Source: an uncultured Gemmataceae bacterium (GTDB lineage Bacteria > Planctomycetota > Planctomycetia > Gemmatales > Gemmataceae). From it: a stretch of 64,000 nucleotides of DNA. The stretch lies in the NCBI GenBank assembly GCA_963750165.1, contig CAVVPN010000011.1, positions 704,001 to 768,000 on the forward strand, read 5' to 3'. Position 1 is the first letter of the stretch. Every line of letters begins with the position of its first letter. A program made the position numbers and the translations under genes. Below are positions 42,744 through 51,504 of the stretch, one piece after another. The notes below the pieces were generated by a model. The model worked only from the letters and a program-made list of their open reading frames with translations. It searched no databases and was not told where the DNA came from.

Positions 42744-43118
42744 TCAGCGCGGTTGGCCCGGATCGGCAGTTCCGCCGGCGCTGGGCGGCAACAGCGGCTT
42801 GCTGCCGTCTTTTGCCTGGGACGGTCGGCTTCTGCGGAGCACCACTATGAACACAATGGCTCCAATCAGCAGCACCGCCGAGCCAATCTGAATGGTGGTC
42901 CCCCATTCCTCCAACCAGTGGAGCGTGCCTTGCTCGGGAGGCGCGGCGTCCTCGTGGGGCGAGTTTTTCTTGGCCAGGAATTCCTGGTATGCCTTGGTGT
43001 TCTTGTAATTCTTCTGGTCGATTTCCTTGTCGTCGGCCAAGGCAAGGCCCGACCAGGCGAATACCAGGAACACGCCCACCGCAGCCACGGCACACAGCAC
43101 CGACACCCGTCTGTTCAT
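42744..43118 (-). CDS. Small exported protein with C-terminal TM anchor
   Basis: Signal peptide ending ALA; TM followed by RRSR. Confidence 0.65.
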   Translation of the reverse strand: MNRRVSVLCAVAAVGVFLVFAWSGLALADDKEIDQKNYKNTKAYQEFLAKKNSPHEDAAPPEQGTLHWLEEWGTTIQIGSAVLLIGAIVFIVVLRRSRPSQAKDGSKPLLPPSAGGTADPGQPR

Positions 43119-43155
43119 CGCACCCACCCTCATTGAATGATCCGCCAATATCTCA

Positions 43156-43815
43156 TCAGGATAAAGGCAACCGGAGAAAAACTACCAAATCATCGCCCCG
43201 ACTGCTGGCCGGCAAATCCGTCAGGGCCGTGTCGATCATCCCGTTGGGTCCGGCGGAAATAAGTCGGACGTACGTACTTGTGGGGTCACCCGTCGGCCAC
43301 TGAATGATGATCGGACTTCCCCAGGCGTCGATCAGGGCCGGGTCGCCCGTGGCGCCGAAGGTGGTCGTAAAACCATTCGTGGCGTTCACTGTGTAGGTGC
43401 CGGTCGGGTTGAGCAAATAGGGACCACGCCAACCGCGGTGCGTTGTGGGGTCGAACGTTTGCAGCGCCACCGGCAGGGCGGGATTGACCACGAAGAGATC
43501 CCTGAGCGTCGCCGGCGATTGCGTGGGATTGCCGGAGTACGCGAGCAGATCGTTCCAGTAGCCGGGTCGGTTCGGCGCACCCACAATGGTTTCGCGCAAG
43601 CGCTGCAAGGTTGCTTCCGTGGCAATTTGTTTGGGACTTTTGTTGTTCGGATCGCTGGCGTTGCCGACGTTTACCTGGAGGTTGGACAGCATGGGAACCA
43701 GGATCCCCGCCAGGGCAACAAGAATGACGAGGACGACCGCGAGCTCGGCCAGCGTCAGCGCGGCGCGCTGCCGTGATGCCGCTCCCCGAACCGCCGCAAA
43801 CCTTTGGTAACGCAT
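43156..43815 (-). CDS. GspG-like pseudopilin
   Basis: RAA|LTLAELAVV; GWRGPYL...DAWGSP; SAGPNG. Confidence 0.85.
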   Translation of the reverse strand: MRYQRFAAVRGAASRQRAALTLAELAVVLVILVALAGILVPMLSNLQVNVGNASDPNNKSPKQIATEATLQRLRETIVGAPNRPGYWNDLLAYSGNPTQSPATLRDLFVVNPALPVALQTFDPTTHRGWRGPYLLNPTGTYTVNATNGFTTTFGATGDPALIDAWGSPIIIQWPTGDPTSTYVRLISAGPNGMIDTALTDLPASSRGDDLVVFLRLPLS

Positions 43816-43915
43816 CGCTGGTCTCCTGCCCGCGCAAAATGCGTTTACGTTTCGCGCCCGGGCAGAGCGCGAAACGTAAACGGCGTCCGACCTCAACAAC
43901 AACTCTCAGCAAACA

Positions 43916-44779
43916 TTAACTGCCGCCGGTCGTGAGCTGATACCAGTTCTGCAGCTCGTCGTTGATGCTCCCGAGGCCCGTGTCGTGGACCGGAGCACAA
44001 CCAACCAGTTGCGCCTGCGAGAAGAGGGGGACGGCCGTGTCCGACACCTTGAAAATGGCAACCAGGTGCTCGTAGCCGTACTCCGGATTCAAGACCGGTT
44101 GGTCGCCGAAATGAACCGGCGCTGCGGTCATCGTTTTGCCGACCATGCTGACGCGGTTGCCAATGCCGAGCACCACGTAACGCCCGGTGGTCGGCAGATT
44201 CATCGCTTGACACCGGGCCAGAGCGGCCGGATTGGCAGTCGGGTCCAGACCCGCCAGCACGGTCCCGGTGGTGATGGTAATCGGGGCGGTAGTGGGGTTG
44301 GGGTTGGTGTAGTAGTTAAAAGTGGGGTCGAAGCCAGCCGGGGCCGTCGCCCCCGCCGTAATCATGCTTTGGGCCTGGGTGATGCCCGTGCCATTGAGGG
44401 CACTGGCCTCCGCCGCCGTCAGGGTGAGGCCGGTCAGTTCCCCGTTGCCCGCGCCGTTGCCGCCGGAGACGACGCCCGCGGGCATCATGGACCCGCCCGC
44501 GAAGTAGTCGATGATGGTCGTGCCGTCACCCAGCGCGTCCCAGTTGTTGGGATAGGCGGCGTACAACTGCTGGTAAGTCGTGACGGACCGGACGCACTCG
44601 CCGATGTTGGTCGAGCAAGTCGAGGTGTGGGCACGCGTGAGCATGCTGGGCAGCATGGGCACCAGCAAGCCGGCCAACGCGATCAAAATCGTCATGACCA
44701 CGACCAACTCGATCAAGGTCAGGCCGCGCCGCTCCGGACACGGCCGAACGGCGCCGGGCGGGGAAGAAGAACGAATCAT
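43916..44779 (-). CDS. Prepilin, first gene of the operon (candidate major pilin)
   Basis: RRG|LTLIELVVV; AGGAGG RBS. Confidence 0.88.
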   Translation of the reverse strand: MIRSSSPPGAVRPCPERRGLTLIELVVVMTILIALAGLLVPMLPSMLTRAHTSTCSTNIGECVRSVTTYQQLYAAYPNNWDALGDGTTIIDYFAGGSMMPAGVVSGGNGAGNGELTGLTLTAAEASALNGTGITQAQSMITAGATAPAGFDPTFNYYTNPNPTTAPITITTGTVLAGLDPTANPAALARCQAMNLPTTGRYVVLGIGNRVSMVGKTMTAAPVHFGDQPVLNPEYGYEHLVAIFKVSDTAVPLFSQAQLVGCAPVHDTGLGSINDELQNWYQLTTGGS

Positions 44780-44839
44780 CAATGCCTCCTGGTGTGAAAC
44801 GGAGTCCTCGCGATCGTACGAGCACGCCACGGTAGCGCT

Positions 44840-44889
44840 CGTATAATTTTGTTATACGCGGATGATACTGGCAACCTCCGGCAGTTCAA
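44840..44889 (-). promoter_or_regulatory. Sigma70-like promoter and palindromic operator of the pilin operon
   Basis: TTGAAC (44889-44884) -16 nt- TATCAT (44867-44862); CGTATAA-N5-TTATACG at 44840-44858. Confidence 0.6.
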
Positions 44890-44934
44890 GTGAAAATTGC
44901 TTTTTTTTGGCTTTTTCATGGAGCGTCTGGAGTT

Positions 44935-45381
44935 TCACCCAGGATCAGGTCCCCCCTCAGCGGGGTGTGCGACTCTCCGATGATCGTCGATCTTGTCGCC
45001 CTCAATGTGCCAGCCGCATTCGCCACAAAGCGGAGCCGTGCGATAGCACCCGTCGCAATAGAGTGGGCCGCCCCGGAAGAATTGTTCCAGCCGCGCCCCG
45101 TCCTCCGGTTGCAGCGTCCCCGGGTCGTCGGGAAGCAACAATTCGCCTCCGCAGGCGGCGCAGGGCTGCAGTCGGGAGTCGTGCGCCAGCGTGAGGAAGT
45201 GTTCGTGGACGTCGCGGGTGACGGTGCCCTGCCCCTGGCAGAGCGGGCAGGCCGTCCCCAGCTGGGCGGCGATGGCCTTGCGGATGAAGGCACTCTTGTT
45301 CGGCAGCCCGTTGAGCAGCCGGGCGAGCTCCGCCTCCACCTTGAACGAAACGACCTTGATCTGCGGGGTTTTGCGAGGCAT
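44935..45381 (-). CDS. Ribbon-helix-helix protein with four CxxC motifs, putative metal-sensing regulator
   Basis: VVSFKVEAELARLL...NKSAFIRKAI; CPLC, CAAC, CDGC, CGEC...H...H. Confidence 0.75.
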   Translation of the reverse strand: MPRKTPQIKVVSFKVEAELARLLNGLPNKSAFIRKAIAAQLGTACPLCQGQGTVTRDVHEHFLTLAHDSRLQPCAACGGELLLPDDPGTLQPEDGARLEQFFRGGPLYCDGCYRTAPLCGECGWHIEGDKIDDHRRVAHPAEGGPDPG

Positions 45382-45401
45382 GGTGGTGCTCTTGGTATCA
45401 G

Positions 45402-46436
45402 TTAGAGGGCGTAGACGGTCACCGCGCCGGCGGCCGTCGCCACGGCCAGCCGTTGGTCTTCCGTTGACCAGGCCAGTTGCGTGAGCGCCGCGGGGGCGGT
45501 GGCCCGGGCGAGCGGGCGGCGGCTTTTCTCCGGGTGCCAGACGAGGGCCAGCCCTTCCGCCCCGGCCGACGCCAGCAACGGGCCGGCGTGCTGGAACGCC
45601 AGGGCGGTCACGTTGTCCTGGTGCCCTTCCAGCTGCACCGGCTCCGTCCCCTCCGGCCCGGTGCCGGACACGTCCCAGACACAGGGCGCGGGTCCGCCGC
45701 CCGTCGCCAGGTAACGGCTCGTGGGGTCCCAGGCCAGTTCGCGCACCTTCGTCGGGTAGCCGGACATCATCAGGTCCTGGCCCGTCGCCACGGTCCAGAA
45801 ATGCACCGTGCAGTCCTGATCGCCTGTGGCGATATACTTGCCGTCCGGGCTCCAGGCCAGCGCGAGGATCGACCCCTTCCAGCGAAAGACGCCGGCCGGC
45901 TCCGTCCGCTCCGGCCGCCACAGGGCGAGCTGCCCGTAGGCGGCCGCGGCCAGCGCCGAGCCGTCGGGGGCCCACCGAATGTCCGCGACCGTGCTCGGGT
46001 GCGGGCCGAATTCGCGGACGAACTGGCCGGCGGCGTCCCACAGGCGCACCGTGCGGACGGCGGCGGTCGCCAGCCACGTCCCCGCGGGGTGCCAGGCCAC
46101 GCGCTCCACCCAGGCCGCGCCGCCGTCGAGCGCCCGATGCAGCCGCCCGGTGGCCCTGTCCCAGACGATCGCCTTGCCGTCCTGGCCCGCGCTGGCCAGC
46201 AGGTGGCCTTGCGGGTGCCAGGCCAGCGCGGCGGTGCCGAAGCCGTGGCCCGGCAGCGCGTGGCGGACGCGCCCCGTTCGGCCGTCGAACAGGGTGACCG
46301 GGCCGCTCACCGCGGCGGCGGCCAGCGTCTGCCCGTCCGGCGACCAGGCCAGGGCGATCACGTGGTCGTCCAGGCTGGCCTGCCAGCGCCGCAGGAGTTT
46401 CGGCCGGCGCGTGGGCGTGTTGCCTATACCAAACAT
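45402..46436 (-). CDS. WD40-repeat protein
   Basis: Repeated LAWSPDG / WD motifs. Confidence 0.88.
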   Translation of the reverse strand: MFGIGNTPTRRPKLLRRWQASLDDHVIALAWSPDGQTLAAAAVSGPVTLFDGRTGRVRHALPGHGFGTAALAWHPQGHLLASAGQDGKAIVWDRATGRLHRALDGGAAWVERVAWHPAGTWLATAAVRTVRLWDAAGQFVREFGPHPSTVADIRWAPDGSALAAAAYGQLALWRPERTEPAGVFRWKGSILALAWSPDGKYIATGDQDCTVHFWTVATGQDLMMSGYPTKVRELAWDPTSRYLATGGGPAPCVWDVSGTGPEGTEPVQLEGHQDNVTALAFQHAGPLLASAGAEGLALVWHPEKSRRPLARATAPAALTQLAWSTEDQRLAVATAAGAVTVYAL

Positions 46437-46552
46437 GCCTTGAACCCCGCTTCCCCTTCGTGGCACGGCTCTCCCGAGCCGTCCGGCTCCGACACGGCTC
46501 GGGAGAGCCGTGCCACGGATTCTAGGCCAAACATGCCTTGAACCCCGCTTCC
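46429..46552. repeat. REP-like palindrome (46459-46517) between 26-bp direct repeats
   Basis: 24-bp arms cgtggcacggctctcccgagccgt; DR ccaaacatgccttgaaccccgcttcc at 46429-46454 and 46527-46552. Confidence 0.85.
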
Positions 46553-47879
46553 AGTTGGCCGCGGTCCAGGTTGCGGCCGATGAAAATCAGCGTGTTGTGC
46601 CGCGCCTCGTCCGCGTCCCAGGGCCGATCCGGGCGGCCGTCGAACAGCATGTGGACGCCCTGGAAGACGAACCGCCGCGCGTCGCCTGCGATGCTCAGCA
46701 CGCCCTTCATGCGGAAGAGGTCCGGCCCCTGGTTCATCAGCAAATCACGCAGCCACTCGTTGAGCCGGTCCGCGTTCAGGTCGCCCGGCGTGGTGATGCC
46801 GACCGAGGTGACTTCTTCGTCGTGTTCGTGGTCCGGCTTGAACTCCCGGGCCGCCGCCGGCGCCACCGGCCCGGCCTGGTTGCGCAGGGTGGCGGCGAAC
46901 TCGTCGGGGTGGTGCTGCGTGAACAGAGCGTAGCCGCCGGGCCGGTCGATGTGGATGGGGAAGTGTGTCCCGCCGGGGGCCAGCCACAGCTTGTGCAGGC
47001 GCTTGCCGGGGTGCAGCGTCGTGCCCGGCGGCGCGGGCTGTTCCTCGTCCGAGAACGCCAGCACCGCGTCCATGACCGCGGCCGCCAGCGCTTCCGATCC
47101 GCGCCGGCCACCGGCAACAGCACCGCGTTCATGGCTGGGTCCGGGCCGTCACCCAGGGCCAGCACGTGGTCGCCCGCTTCCAGCCGGTAGACGCCGCCCC
47201 ACTCGAACGGGTACTCTGGCTCCATGAATTTCGGGTCGATCTCCAGCGCCCGGTCGAGGTTGAAGCCGCCGACGTTCAGGACGCGGTCCAGCTCCACCCG
47301 GGCGTTCTGGCAGCGCACCACGCGGGCGGCGGCGTTGATGTGCTGGATGCGTGCCTCCAGCCGGTCGAGGTCCGCCGCCGCCACCAGGTCGGTCTTGTTG
47401 AGCAGGATCACGTCGGCGAAGGCGATCTGTTCGCGGCACTCGTCGCTGTCGTCCAGGTGCTGCCAGACGTGCTTGGCGTCCACCACCGTCACGATGCCGT
47501 CCAGCCGCAGGTTCGTCTGCAGCTCCTCATCGACGAAGAACGTCTGCGCCACCGGCCCCGGGTCGGCCAGGCCGGTCGTCTCGATCAGGACGTAATCGAA
47601 GCGGTCCCTGCGCTTCATCAGGTTGCCGAGGATGCGAATCAGGTCGCCGCGCACCGTGCAACAGATGCAGCCATTGTTCATCTCGAAAATCTCTTCCTCG
47701 GCGTTGATGACCAGCTGGTGATCGACGCCGACCTCGCCGAATTCGTTCTCGATGACGGCAATGCGCTTGCCGTGCTGGGCCGTCAGAACGTGGTTCAGCA
47801 GCGTCGTCTTGCCGGCCCCGAGGAAGCCAGTCAGGACCGTGACGGGGACGCGCGCCTTCGTGTCGGTGGCGGTGGTCAT
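46522..47879 (-). CDS. COG0523/CobW-family G3E metallochaperone GTPase, frameshift near 47095
   Basis: [38 protein letters not shown]; CobW_C-like LFRMKG and FQGVH. Confidence 0.92.
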
Positions 47880-48172
47880 GGGTTCTCCTGGGGGTGAAGC
47901 TGGCGAAGTTCCTCGTCGGCCAGGCGGAGGACGTCGGCGAAGGTCACCTCCGCCAGCGGCCTGGGCAGTTTGTACAGACGCGGCGCGCCGGGCGTGTTCA
48001 CCAGGCCGATGACGGTCTCCAGCGGCGGACAGCCCGGCTCGGTGCAACGCAGCTCCAGCACCAGCACGGCGATTCCCGGCGGCAGCCGAAACACCTCGGC
48101 GGCCCACTGCCGGACCTCCGCGATTTTTTCGGCCTGACTCGGCGGCCTCGGCTCAAACAGATCAAGCGGCAT
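47876..48172 (-). CDS. Small conserved protein with CxEPGCPPxET motif
   Basis: [16 protein letters not shown]; overlaps neighbouring genes. Confidence 0.7.
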   Translation of the reverse strand: MPLDLFEPRPPSQAEKIAEVRQWAAEVFRLPPGIAVLVLELRCTEPGCPPLETVIGLVNTPGAPRLYKLPRPLAEVTFADVLRLADEELRQLHPQENP

Positions 48173-48839
48173 GGTGCGGCTCCTTCGTGTCGGCGTCGAT
48201 CTTGAACACGACCCGGCGCTGGCCACTGCCGAGGACGCGCGGCGAGCGGTGGATCATGCCGCCGTCCGCGTTGCCGGGCCAGCGGCTGCCCTTCAGCCAG
48301 GCCACCGCATAGAGCGGCAGCCGACGGACGCTGGCACCCGGCCGCAGCAGCCCGGATGCCTCGTCGGGCAGGCCGCCGGCACCGGGGCCGAGATTGGCGC
48401 GGTCCACGTCGGCGTTGTCCAGCCACTCCGTTGCCGGCCCCGCGTAGGTGCAGATCGACCGCAAGCGCACCCAGTCCACGTGAAAGCGCTCGCACTGGTT
48501 GTCGCCGGTCGCGATCAGTTTGAGGTGGTAGCGCGGCGCGTCGAGGAACGCGGCGAACAGCCGCAGCTGCACCAATATGTCGGCGCGGAAGGCGGCCAGG
48601 CTGGCGCTCGCGGGGAAACCGGAGAGCAGCCCGCCCACCTCCGGGTCCGCGGGGTCACAGACGGCGGTGCGCCGCAAATCCCCGGGCAGGAGCACGCCGC
48701 GGACGAACTCTTCCACCTCGGCGGCGACCGTGCGTCCGAGCACGCACAGGTTGAGGCGTGGTTCCCGAATCCGGTGCAGGTCGGCGGCGTGACTCCCCAG
48801 GACGGCGGAGGTGATCGGGTTGGCGTCAAGCAGGTTCAT
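48162..48839 (-). CDS. DUF1826-family protein
   Basis: CERFHVD, ICTYAGPATEWL, LKG..W, IHRSP. Confidence 0.85.
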   Translation of the reverse strand: MNLLDANPITSAVLGSHAADLHRIREPRLNLCVLGRTVAAEVEEFVRGVLLPGDLRRTAVCDPADPEVGGLLSGFPASASLAAFRADILVQLRLFAAFLDAPRYHLKLIATGDNQCERFHVDWVRLRSICTYAGPATEWLDNADVDRANLGPGAGGLPDEASGLLRPGASVRRLPLYAVAWLKGSRWPGNADGGMIHRSPRVLGSGQRRVVFKIDADTKEPHHAA

Positions 48840-49204
48840 GCGCCGGCATTCTCCTTCGCAAAACGGTTCAGGCGTTTGGCGGCCAGGGCTTCCGGGAGAG
48901 GCACGACCGCCCCGGTCGATTGGCAGGCCCGCGCCCAACGAATCAGGGCGTCGTAATCCGCGTCGCCGGCGAGGCCGCCCAGCCACTCGGTCGCGGGCGG
49001 CAGCAGCAACAGGGCGACGTTGGCCACGTCACATGGCCCCAGGCAGCCGCTCACCGTCAACTGGATCGTCTGATTGAGCTTCTCCTGCTGCCAGATGGCC
49101 TTGATGCGCTCGACCGGCACTTCGGGGCGGCCGCGCTCCGTCCGGCCACAACAACAACCTTTGCAGAGAATCAACTGGCCCCGCGCTTGCCGTTTCGTGT
49201 TCAC
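48836..49204 (-). CDS. Thioredoxin-like (2Fe-2S) ferredoxin-type protein
   Basis: CKGCCCG and SGCLGPC; first gene of operon; start uncertain. Confidence 0.7.
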   Translation of the reverse strand: MNTKRQARGQLILCKGCCCGRTERGRPEVPVERIKAIWQQEKLNQTIQLTVSGCLGPCDVANVALLLLPPATEWLGGLAGDADYDALIRWARACQSTGAVVPLPEALAAKRLNRFAKENAGA

Positions 49205-49362
49205 CTTGCAGTCCCCGTGACGGCGTTCGCGCACCAACCAGCAGCCCCAGGCGTTTTTTGTCCCCCGGCCGCGGCCTCCTTGCCGAGCCGCTCAGTCCTG
49301 CGCCCTCCTGAATTCACGGCCGGGGGAACGAGGTCGTCGCAATCGGGCTCGACATTGGAAAA

Positions 49363-49423
49363 AAGTATGAAAAGGTCATACTTGACAGTATCACAAAGTA
49401 TAACGGCCGGTTGCCGTCGTCAA
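49363..49423 (-). promoter_or_regulatory. Promoter and operator of the COG0523 operon
   Basis: AAGTATGA-N5-TCATACTT (49363-49383); half-sites at 49388 and 49398; TTGACG-15-TATACT on the minus strand. Confidence 0.6.
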
Positions 49424-49490
49424 CAGGAAAAAAAGAAAACCGTGCGACGGATGGCCGCGCGGCCGCGTGGAGAGGTTTGTGGATGAGGCG

Positions 49491-49570
49491 CGGCCGCTTG
49501 CTCCCGTCTGAGCGGATCGGTGTCACGCACAGCCCGGCCGCGGTGTAGGCGGTGGCGTGGCCAAGGACGG
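49491..49570 (-). pseudogene. Fragment of a second Prim-Pol gene
   Basis: VLGHATAYTAAGLCVTPIRSDGSKRP versus VLDVARAYVAAGLCVTPVRLDGSKRP at ~26445-26525. Confidence 0.75.
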
Positions 49571-49890
49571 TAGGGGTTGGTGTGGCCCCGGCCTTGTCGG
49601 CGTTCGGACAGGAGGCACGCTTGGATTTGGTCGGTCGAGGGGTTCTCGTTGCAGTGGCATTGGAGGCGGCCCCTTTTGCTGGTGGCGTGATCGTCCGGAA
49701 TGGGTTGCCTCGCGCCCCCCCTGTACACACAATCGTCGCCGACGTACACCGAGATTGAGCCGCCGACAGGTTGGCACGGCGCGGCGACTGGTGGCGTGGG
49801 TCGCCACAGCAAGGGTGCCAAGAACGCCCAGAATGCCAACTTTTTCACACGTCGAGATTCAGCGCCCTGGCGCTTCCACAGGGGAATTCA

Positions 49891-50865
49891 ATGAGACACC
49901 TTGTCAACCTTGCCTTCCTGTGCTGGCTGCCGGCAGCGCTGTCCAGTGCGGCCCCTGGCCAGGTCGCGGCGACGCTCAAGGGGCACCAGCACACGATCAC
50001 CTGCCTGGCCTTCGCCCCGGACGGCAAGACGTTGGCCTCGGGCAGCAAGGACGGCTCCGTCATCCTGTGGGACGTGGCCACGGGCAAGCCGCGGGCCACC
50101 TTGCCCGGCCACAAGGACATGGTGATTTCCGTGGCCTTCGCCCCGGACGGCAAGACGCTGGCGTCCTGCAGTCATGACAGCGATATCAACCTCTGGGAGG
50201 TCGCCACGGGTAAGCGGGTCGGCACACTGCGGGGGCATGAGAAGGACGTGCGCGGACTCGCCTTCAGCCCGGACGGCAAGCTCCTCGCTTCGGGCGGCGT
50301 GGATAAGACCGTCCGGCTGTGGGCGTGGGCCGACGGCAAGGAACTGAAGCGCCTGACCGGACACACGGCGGAGGTGAACTGTGTGCGGTTTTCGCCGGAC
50401 GGCAAGACGTTGGCCTCGGGTGCCTGGGACCGTCAGGTGCTCCTCTGGGAGCCGGACACGGGCAAGCTCCGCGCCACGCTCAGCGGTCATCGGGAGTTCG
50501 TCCGCGACCTGCTCTTCACTGGCGACGGCAAGACACTCCTGTCGAGCGGCAAGGATGGCGTCATCCGCTTGTGGGACGTGGCGGCGGGCAAATGGCGCAA
50601 ATCCCTGGAAGGACACGAGGGGCTGGTGCGCTCGCTGGCGCTGACGCCGGACGGCAAACTCCTGGCGTCGGCGGGGCGCGACGGCACCTTGAACCTGTGG
50701 GACGTGGCCTCGGGCAAGGTCCGCGCCGCCCTCAAGGAGGGGGTGCTCGGCTTCCAGGTGGTGGCGTTCAGCCCGGACGGCCAGACGCTGGCCACCGGCG
50801 GCATCAACCGCAACGTCAGCCTGTGGAACGTGGCCGCGATCCTGGAGCGGAAACGGTTGAAGTAA
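49891..50865 (+). CDS. Exported WD40-repeat protein
   Basis: Signal peptide; about seven GH...AFSPDGK.LAS...LWD repeats. Confidence 0.9.
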   Translation: MRHLVNLAFLCWLPAALSSAAPGQVAATLKGHQHTITCLAFAPDGKTLASGSKDGSVILWDVATGKPRATLPGHKDMVISVAFAPDGKTLASCSHDSDINLWEVATGKRVGTLRGHEKDVRGLAFSPDGKLLASGGVDKTVRLWAWADGKELKRLTGHTAEVNCVRFSPDGKTLASGAWDRQVLLWEPDTGKLRATLSGHREFVRDLLFTGDGKTLLSSGKDGVIRLWDVAAGKWRKSLEGHEGLVRSLALTPDGKLLASAGRDGTLNLWDVASGKVRAALKEGVLGFQVVAFSPDGQTLATGGINRNVSLWNVAAILERKRLK

Positions 50866-50867
50866 TT

Positions 50868-50969
50868 ATTGCAGATTGCGAATGGGTGTAGCGGAAGTCG
50901 CCAGACTTCCGAGCAGCACCGGACGGAAGTCTGGCGACTTCCGCTACACCCAACTGCGAACCGCTCTAG
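50868..50969. repeat. GTAG-type REP doublet
   Basis: gtagcggaagtcgccagacttcc and its inverse; copies at ~54782 and ~63458. Confidence 0.85.
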
Positions 50970-51063
50970 GTAGTCACCACACAACCAGTCCCAGGTTTCG
51001 ATTGATCGGTTCGCGTGGGCCGCGCCGAACCGATCAATCGGGTTCTGATTGTGCGGTGACTCC

Positions 51064-51267
51064 TTATCCGCGGGCCCACATGCCGGTGCGCGGCGCGGCG
51101 CGGTCGTCACCCACGAGGACCGGCCCCTCGTCCCGCGGCGGACTGGCCAGCGGCACCCTGAAGGAGTGGCCGCAACCGGGGCAGTTCCGGCGCTGACCGC
51201 GGAGCAGCAGCGAAGCCTTGATGCGGGCCTGGCAACCGGGGCACTGGAAGCTGATGGACTGGCTCAT
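51064..51267 (-). CDS. Small zinc-ribbon protein
   Basis: MSQSISFQCPGC...CPGCGHSFRVP, 67 aa. Confidence 0.7.
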   Translation of the reverse strand: MSQSISFQCPGCQARIKASLLLRGQRRNCPGCGHSFRVPLASPPRDEGPVLVGDDRAAPRTGMWARG

Positions 51268-51504
51268 GGGGCCACCTTCGCGAAGGAGGGTCGGAGTGCG
51301 GGAAGGTAGGGGGGCTACTCCCGAGTCATGCTGGGAAGGGCCGCCCGCCGGGTTCAACATCACCACCACGGTATCGCACCGATGATGAAGAGCCACTGAA
51401 TCCGCGATGAGATTCCGATGAGAGCGCGGCAGACATCCCCAGTTCGGTCCCCTAAAAAGACAGGGCGTTTCCTTAACCTTCTCGCCGCGTTGGCCGGGTG
51501 TCTC

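Noticed and set aside
49205..49360. Cobalamin riboswitch ahead of the CobW-family operon
   Set aside because: No B12-box or conserved core recognisable by eye; an Rfam scan would settle it.
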